A stretch of DNA of 63,057 nucleotides, counting the filler, from Licmophora abbreviata (taxonomy: Eukaryota): the NCBI GenBank assembly GCA_900291995.1. It is 11 parts of 11 records of this genome, joined end to end, with 100 filler letters (N's around TTAATTAATTAA, not from the genome) between each part and the next. Parts side by side here need not be neighbours in the genome. Positions count along the whole stretch, not along the records: positions 59,898 to 63,057 come from OLMU01004062.1; 10 more parts are not named here. One strand, 5' to 3'. Shown here in pieces: positions 61,329 to 63,057 of this stretch. The position numbers were made by a program, and so were the translations under genes. Position 1 is the stretch's first letter, and the number at the start of each line of letters is the position of its first letter. Below the pieces are notes generated by a model that saw nothing but the letters and a program-made list of their open reading frames with translations, was not told the DNA's origin and did not search any database.

Positions 61329-62624
61329 ATGACACGTCGCATGCCTTTGATAGCGGTCACTGGCCTTCTGTTTCTCTTGTTTTTTACAAAAAGTTCTGCA
61401 GCGACGAGATCGCATGTCGTTCAGCATGACGGTGTCAACCGTTGGGGGTGGCTGTCGACAGTACCACCGAGAGGAGGTGAATCAACAGAGGAAAGTGACG
61501 TGGAAGAGACTTTCACTGCACACGAGTTATTGGGGAGTGACGAAGAGACTCTCATGGACAACGATGCTACGGAGGAAGAGGTCGACGATGACGAAGAGTG
61601 GGAAGAAGAGGAGGAGCACACGCGTTCTCATTTCGTGGATGCTGAATCTTGGTTTGACGAAGAAGAAAAGGAAAACGTTGAGGCTATCGTAGACGCGGTA
61701 CGATCTGAGATCAGCGTTGATGACGCGGAGATGGTCGAGACGTATCCGGAAGAGGGAGAGACGTTTCAAGAGCCTCCGGTGTACATTGAGGAAGATTCGC
61801 AGCTTGAAGAGGATGTATTTTATGATGCCGACGAAGATGGAGACGAGGAAGAAGAATACGAAGAAGAAGAAGAAGAAGACTTGGATGAGCTCCCTGTGAC
61901 TGGTCGGGAAGCTGAGCTAGACAATGGAACTGGTGGTGAGGAACCCGTGGAAAACGAAACCACGTTTGTTGGCTCCAGCGGAAACTCAATAGATTTGGAA
62001 ATGGCGCACCATCATACAACTGATGATGACAGTGCGGCGTTTGTGGATCGTATGGAACTTGCCGACGCCTACGATGAGGGAGAGCCTCCGATTGACGACG
62101 TGCTGGAACAGACGGCTCCTCCCGTGACCCCAAACTTGGCCGAAGAAGAACTGACCGCGTCACCTGCAAACGAGGCTGTGTCGCCTCCAGCTCGGAGAGT
62201 AGCTCCAACTTTTCCTACTGTGATTGACAGTGCTACGAAACGAGTTTTGATGAAGGACCTCAAATTTCATCGGTACGAAGTAGTGGCCATGAAGCCGGAA
62301 ATAGCGTTCGTCGTTGCACAGAAGGGACTGCGGAGGCCGCTTGAAGGGATGCCGCGGAACTGGTACAGAGCAGATGCTGACATGAAGAGACAGAAAAGAA
62401 GGACTGGCGTCTTGTCGGCAATATCGAAAGCGGAACTGATTCCTCGGTATACAGTCCCAATTGTTTTTGGTGGGTTGGCGTTATGTGGCTACCGGTACTT
62501 TGATATGACAGAAAGGGTGTCGTCAAGGAGGAAGCGCCCAGACGAACGAGAAAACCGCACCAGCTCTTTCCCAACTACTAGCAGCACCAACTCTTTTCCA
62601 ACTACGAGCAGCACAAGGGACTGA
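61329..62624 (+). CDS. Secretory-pathway, highly acidic single-pass membrane protein of unknown function (C-terminus possibly frameshifted)
   Basis: Signal peptide, PRGG motif, long D/E tract, C-proximal hydrophobic helix YTVPIVFGGLALCGY. Confidence 0.65.
   Translation: MTRRMPLIAVTGLLFLLFFTKSSAATRSHVVQHDGVNRWGWLSTVPPRGGESTEESDVEETFTAHELLGSDEETLMDNDATEEEVDDDEEWEEEEEHTRSHFVDAESWFDEEEKENVEAIVDAVRSEISVDDAEMVETYPEEGETFQEPPVYIEEDSQLEEDVFYDADEDGDEEEEYEEEEEEDLDELPVTGREAELDNGTGGEEPVENETTFVGSSGNSIDLEMAHHHTTDDDSAAFVDRMELADAYDEGEPPIDDVLEQTAPPVTPNLAEEELTASPANEAVSPPARRVAPTFPTVIDSATKRVLMKDLKFHRYEVVAMKPEIAFVVAQKGLRRPLEGMPRNWYRADADMKRQKRRTGVLSAISKAELIPRYTVPIVFGGLALCGYRYFDMTERVSSRRKRPDERENRTSSFPTTSSTNSFPTTSSTRD
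62558..62614 (+). repeat. 27-nt tandem duplication within the CDS end
   Basis: caccagctctttcccaactactagcag / caccaactcttttccaactacgagcag. Confidence 0.85.
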
Positions 62625-63057
62625 AGCTGCGAGTGGGACTCGGTACTTCGAAGAACCCGTAGAAAAACGTACAGTTGTGTCTGAAGATGGCGAGGATCTA
62701 ATGCGCTCGTGTCCGGACCTGTCTGTCGACAAGTCGGCGTTGGACGCACTGGAAAGGCCATTCAAGGCGTTCTGGGAAATGAAAAAGAAGCATCTTAAGT
62801 CGTTAAGCTACCTGATAGTCTAGTGCAGGTTGCAGTTGACACATCCTTGTCTTTTCGCCCTGCGGGCGAGCGAAATAGGTCCAACTTACCGGGTGTCGAG
62901 CCCTTGCCAACAATGGCCTTGAGCTTTGACTTTAGTCGAGTGAGTCAATTCAGTCCTGTCGAGACTGACTGACTCTCGACTCACTCGACTTGACTCGACT
63001 CTCGTCATCACGTCGCCCCGATGTTATGAACCAGCTTCGCTTAAAACATCCGTCACG

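Noticed and set aside
62622..62624. TGA of the last acidic-protein gene as a second Sec codon
   Set aside because: There is no Cys-type motif and no SECIS seen downstream; an open alternative frame suggests an ordinary stop or a frameshift.

Overview
Eukaryotic nuclear DNA from a diatom, most likely a pennate. Evidence: a complete 18S-ITS1-5.8S-ITS2-28S unit with diatom-like sequence, short GT-AG introns of about 75-170 nt, ASAFAP-type bipartite plastid-targeting peptides and diatom-typical gene families. The window is a scaffold of 11 contigs joined by an artificial 100-nt linker (N44-TTAATTAATTAA-N44). It holds about 25 protein genes, including a RING-H2 ligase, a DOMON/Cu-monooxygenase/DOMON/cytochrome b561 fusion, SEC5, a mitochondrial carrier, an XPRT fusion, UBE2J1, a sulfotransferase, ARL8, a RibD-like protein, a NirB-NirD nitrite reductase, ArsS, an ankyrin protein, a kinesin-14-like protein, NOA1, DUF1664, RBM39, NAT10, a helicase-associated/Tudor protein and SERINC. 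The top finding is missing from the ORF track. After splicing, the arsS radical-SAM gene ends ...HCFGCTAGMGSS-TGA-QGTTA-TAG, and its 3' UTR carries a well-formed eukaryotic SECIS hairpin. This points to a nuclear-encoded, probably plastid-targeted selenocysteine ArsS (arsenosugar-biosynthesis family). Other notable items: a degenerate Ham1/ITPase-like domain fused to xanthine PRTase, a possibly self-sufficient DBH-like monooxygenase fused to cytochrome b561, a RibD pseudo-deaminase, a switch-degenerate kinesin, and repeated single-base homopolymer frameshifts that are probably assembly errors. All family calls come from motif recognition by eye; no searches were run.
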